Origin: Candidatus Hermodarchaeota archaeon | GTDB lineage: Archaea; Asgardarchaeota; Lokiarchaeia; Sigyniarchaeales; SOKP01 | Assembly (NCBI GenBank): GCA_048885525.1 | Contig: JBHLLP010000018.1 | Span: 1 to 62,869, forward strand | Direction: 5' to 3' | DNA: 62,869 nt | Shown here: positions 59,804 to 62,869 of the stretch, piece by piece | How positions within the stretch are numbered: the stretch's first letter is position 1 | Layout: each line of letters opens with the position of its first letter | Notes under the pieces: generated by a model | What the model was told of the DNA's origin: nothing | Database searches by the model: none | Seen by the model: only the letters and a program-made list of their open reading frames with translations | Program-made: the position numbers and the translations under genes

Positions 59804-60574
59804 CTAAAACCAATAATCTATCGTCATATTCTTTAAAGGAACTTTTTTCTTGGGTGTACGTGGTTTCCACTTTCGCAACCTTCTTTCAGGTAAGTAAGGG
59901 TGTTGTATTAAAACATAATCAGCAAATCTTTCATCATCATTTATCATCACTAATACGTTTCCAAAATGAGAAAGGATTTTTCCTCCTTTAGGTCTGAAAT
60001 GGGAGCGTTCGTGCAAAGGTGACGTTATAATAATTAGAGGCTTTGTTTTGGAGAGTATTTGTTTAATTCCATCTATTGTTCTTAGTAAATCTTCGAAAGT
60101 CTGTTTTTCATAGCCCTCAAACATTGTTGTAATCCCCGAGATTAACACAACTTTCACATCTTCAAGCATGGAAAGTTTGTTCTCCAAAATTTCAACCATT
60201 TGATCCCACGTGAATGCGCGTGAAATAAGAATGTTTTCTAATACTTTCCGAGGAGATAACTTCTGGGAAACTGCAAACTTACTTACATTATAAGGGTTAA
60301 ATCGATTGTTTCCATCGATAAAGGCAACTCTAATACCCTCTCCAAGCCCTCCATTATCAAAAGCTTTTTGGGCAATAACCGCTGTTGTTAATAAAACATT
60401 AGTAGTTAGTTTCTTATCTCCATAGAGTAAATATACTAAATCTCGGTGAAAACCCCCAGAAAGTAACTCATCAAGCGTAATGTCCCCACTTGAAATGAGT
60501 GGTAAGTGATTTTTCCTTTTAAATACATTAAATCCATCATCATAAGAAAGTAAAGATTCCTCGAATGTCATCAT
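59804..60574 (-). CDS. Catalytically degenerate RadA/RecA-family paralog
   Basis: ISSGDITLDELLSGG, FIDGNNRF, LENILISRAFT, GGKILSH; Walker A lacks GKT. Confidence 0.85.
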   Translation of the reverse strand: MMTFEESLLSYDDGFNVFKRKNHLPLISSGDITLDELLSGGFHRDLVYLLYGDKKLTTNVLLTTAVIAQKAFDNGGLGEGIRVAFIDGNNRFNPYNVSKFAVSQKLSPRKVLENILISRAFTWDQMVEILENKLSMLEDVKVVLISGITTMFEGYEKQTFEDLLRTIDGIKQILSKTKPLIIITSPLHERSHFRPKGGKILSHFGNVLVMINDDERFADYVLIQHPYLPERRLRKWKPRTPKKKVPLKNMTIDYWF

Positions 60575-60754
60575 ATGGGATTAAGAGTCTTCAAAATAAA
60601 ATGAAGATACACCGACAATTTTCTGAAATACGTGCAATTTCTCCTTAACGTAGAAAGATCATTCCTTTTTTCAAGAAAGAGTGTTCTCTTAAAAGAAATA
60701 GTGTTTCATGGGGACAGAGAGGGGGGTGATTAAAAGTAAAAATAAATTTTTTTT

Positions 60755-61855
60755 TTAACTCCTATTAGCTAATATTTTCTGATGTAAAGTCTGAAAGTCT
60801 CTTTCTGGTATTTTATCCTTTAAATCTTCTCTTAGAACTATTCGAATTGCATCATTTGGACACTTTGAGACACATACTCCACATCCTATACACCATTCAT
60901 TAGCTACTACTGCGATATTATCCTCTAATTTTAATGCATCTGCAGGACATATTTCAATACAACTGCCACAACCAACACAATTATCACTTAAAGTTTCCCG
61001 GATGAAGAATGTTCCAATTATTTCATCTCGTGGGATCATTCTTCTTTTTATTCGTCCTAAATTCCAGCAAGAACATCCACAACAATTACAGTTCTGTTGC
61101 ACATTATCAATTGCGTTATCTGTAAAATGAACCAATCCTGCTTCTGAAGCTTTTCTACTAATTTCTAATGCCTCATCAAGACTTACTTCTCGAGCAAAAC
61201 CTTTATCAATAATAAAGCGTGCTAAGTCGTTAAATTTCATACAGACTTCTAAAGGATGTTCACATTCTCTACCTATTAATTTCATAGACTGGCGGCAAAT
61301 ACAGTGAGCTACAGCAATTACTTTCGCCTTTTTTATTATTTCACTCATTACTTGATAGGGAAGGATTGCTTGTGTTTCTGGTTCAATTGTCTCATCTACC
61401 GGGATAAATCTAAATGGAATGGGTTCAATACTATAAGCTTCCTTTGTTACTTCTGTATTAAAATATTTGAGTACTTGTTTTGCCATCTTTCTTGAGTACG
61501 GAGTATCTTCTCCCTTCCAAAAAAAGACTTGAGGAAAACCAAATGCTGATTGCTGGAGTGCATAATTAATTTCTCCAGTATTCTTATCTTGATAAGAAAA
61601 CAATAAGCCTCTACTCGCTAAACTCTCAAGAATTTCTTTCAATTGATCAAAAGGTATATCAATAGACATAGATATCTCATTAATAGAAATTCCTTGAAAT
61701 GGTATTTTTTTTGATGGAATTGAGAGAATAACATTGGCTTCCTCTTCAGTAAAATTTGATTTTAAAATTGTGAGTAAATCTTCCCTAGGGGGTGTCATCA
61801 TCCCCATTTGAGAGAAGTGCATCATTAATTTTTCATAGATATCTAATGTTGTCAT
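60755..61855 (-). CDS. 4Fe-4S ferredoxin-domain protein with N-terminal wHTH-like region (paralog of 22572-23669)
   Basis: CICR, GLVH, CNCCGCSC, two CxxCxxCxxxCP motifs. Confidence 0.88.
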   Translation of the reverse strand: MTTLDIYEKLMMHFSQMGMMTPPREDLLTILKSNFTEEEANVILSIPSKKIPFQGISINEISMSIDIPFDQLKEILESLASRGLLFSYQDKNTGEINYALQQSAFGFPQVFFWKGEDTPYSRKMAKQVLKYFNTEVTKEAYSIEPIPFRFIPVDETIEPETQAILPYQVMSEIIKKAKVIAVAHCICRQSMKLIGRECEHPLEVCMKFNDLARFIIDKGFAREVSLDEALEISRKASEAGLVHFTDNAIDNVQQNCNCCGCSCWNLGRIKRRMIPRDEIIGTFFIRETLSDNCVGCGSCIEICPADALKLEDNIAVVANEWCIGCGVCVSKCPNDAIRIVLREDLKDKIPERDFQTLHQKILANRS

Positions 61856-62042
61856 GATAATCTCGTCAGAATTGTTTTTAGCAAAATTGTTTAATTTTCT
61901 AGTTTTCTATTTTATGTAGTAAGTTTTTTATCGAGATTGAAAAAATAAAGTAATTATAATAAACTTTTTTAATAAAATCTAGCTTATTTAATATCAAAAT
62001 TCGATTTTAGATTGTATTTAATTACAAAAAAGTGAAAAAAAA

Positions 62043-62869
62043 ATGTCAAATCCATATGAAAGTCGCTTTTGGAAGAAAAACTGGGATCCTGGAATAGAAG
62101 ACATTCCCCCAGAAGAATTTGAAACCACTTATCCAGAAATGATAAGACCAACATTTGAAAAATTTTTTGATAAAATGGCATTAGCATATCAGGGATTAGA
62201 AATAAGTTTCGGAGAATTAGATAGATATTCTAATCAATTTGCTAATATGTTAATTGAAAATGGATTTAAAGTAGGAGATGTAGTAGGAATTAATTTGGCA
62301 AATATTCCTGAATACGTATATTCTGTGTTAGGTACACTTAAGGCAGGATGTATTGTTTCAGGAGTAAGTCCTTTAATGTCTGAAGTTCAAATGCATTATC
62401 AATTGGATGATCTTGGAAAAGGTGGTAAGAATGTTGCGTTAGTCACTCTTGATGCTATCTTTCAACATAGATTGACAAAAATTGTAGACAAACTACCACA
62501 ACTTAAGGTTGTTGTAGCAACAAGCGTGATTGGCTCATTTTCTAAAGAGGATCAAGCAAAAATTAAAGCAGTTAGAGAAATCCCCTCCGGTGAAGTCACT
62601 CCTTTAGAGGGAAAGGTTGTCTATAATTTTCAGGATGATGTTTTAAGAAAATTTTCAACTGATTTACCAAAAGTTGACATAACTCCTGATGATCTTGGCT
62701 GGATTCAATATACTGGTGGAACAACAGGTCCTCCAAAAGGAGCAATGTTAAGTCATAGAAATTATGTTTCAAATATGAAGGGTATTATTAAATGGCTTCA
62801 ATGGGAAGAAGGAAAAGGAGTTTTATTATCAGGATTTCCTATGTTTCATATTGCAGGTTTAACAGTGTG
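62043..62869 (+). CDS. Long-chain fatty acid--CoA ligase, truncated by the window end
   Basis: MSNPYESRFWKKNWD...; QYTGGTTGPPKGAML; runs off the end of the window. Confidence 0.9.
   Translation, partial: MSNPYESRFWKKNWDPGIEDIPPEEFETTYPEMIRPTFEKFFDKMALAYQGLEISFGELDRYSNQFANMLIENGFKVGDVVGINLANIPEYVYSVLGTLKAGCIVSGVSPLMSEVQMHYQLDDLGKGGKNVALVTLDAIFQHRLTKIVDKLPQLKVVVATSVIGSFSKEDQAKIKAVREIPSGEVTPLEGKVVYNFQDDVLRKFSTDLPKVDITPDDLGWIQYTGGTTGPPKGAMLSHRNYVSNMKGIIKWLQWEEGKGVLLSGFPMFHIAGLTV

Noticed and set aside
1552-62187. Numerous antisense or overlapping ORFs in the track (e.g. 1552-1797, 2687-2992, 10917-11270, 24456-24863, 49177-49386, 57541-57885, 61984-62187)
   Set aside because: They are shadows of well-supported genes on the opposite strand or frame and have no motifs of their own.
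1-62869. CRISPR arrays, rRNA genes, transposases, reverse transcriptase or defence systems
   Set aside because: No regularly spaced repeats, rRNA-like GC-rich blocks or relevant protein motifs were seen.

Overview
This is an AT-rich archaeal chromosomal segment. The gene content (PolB1-type and PolB2 polymerases, tetraether synthase, an intron-containing tRNA, GGTGA-type ribosome-binding sites, several acyl-CoA ligases and wHTH-ferredoxin paralogs) is most consistent with an Asgard archaeon of the Lokiarchaeia/Promethearchaeota; this assignment is an inference. The window holds lipid genes (Tes, a CTP-dependent isoprenol/DAG kinase-like protein, a PlsY-kinase fusion, two FadD-like ligases), a PiT/DUF47/PhoU phosphate module, a Liv-type ABC operon, GH4 and GH20 glycosidases, MFS transporters, tRNA-Thr(UGU) with a 30-nt intron, and a split PolB2/small partner/inactive RadA module. 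The most striking element is a 3303-aa ORF that is almost entirely helical hairpins (about 100 hydrophobic segments counted by eye) with recent internal tandem duplications. Other points of interest are apparent ATT/ATA/CTG start codons and several microproteins missed by the ORF track. No CRISPR array, rRNA or recognisable mobile element was seen.
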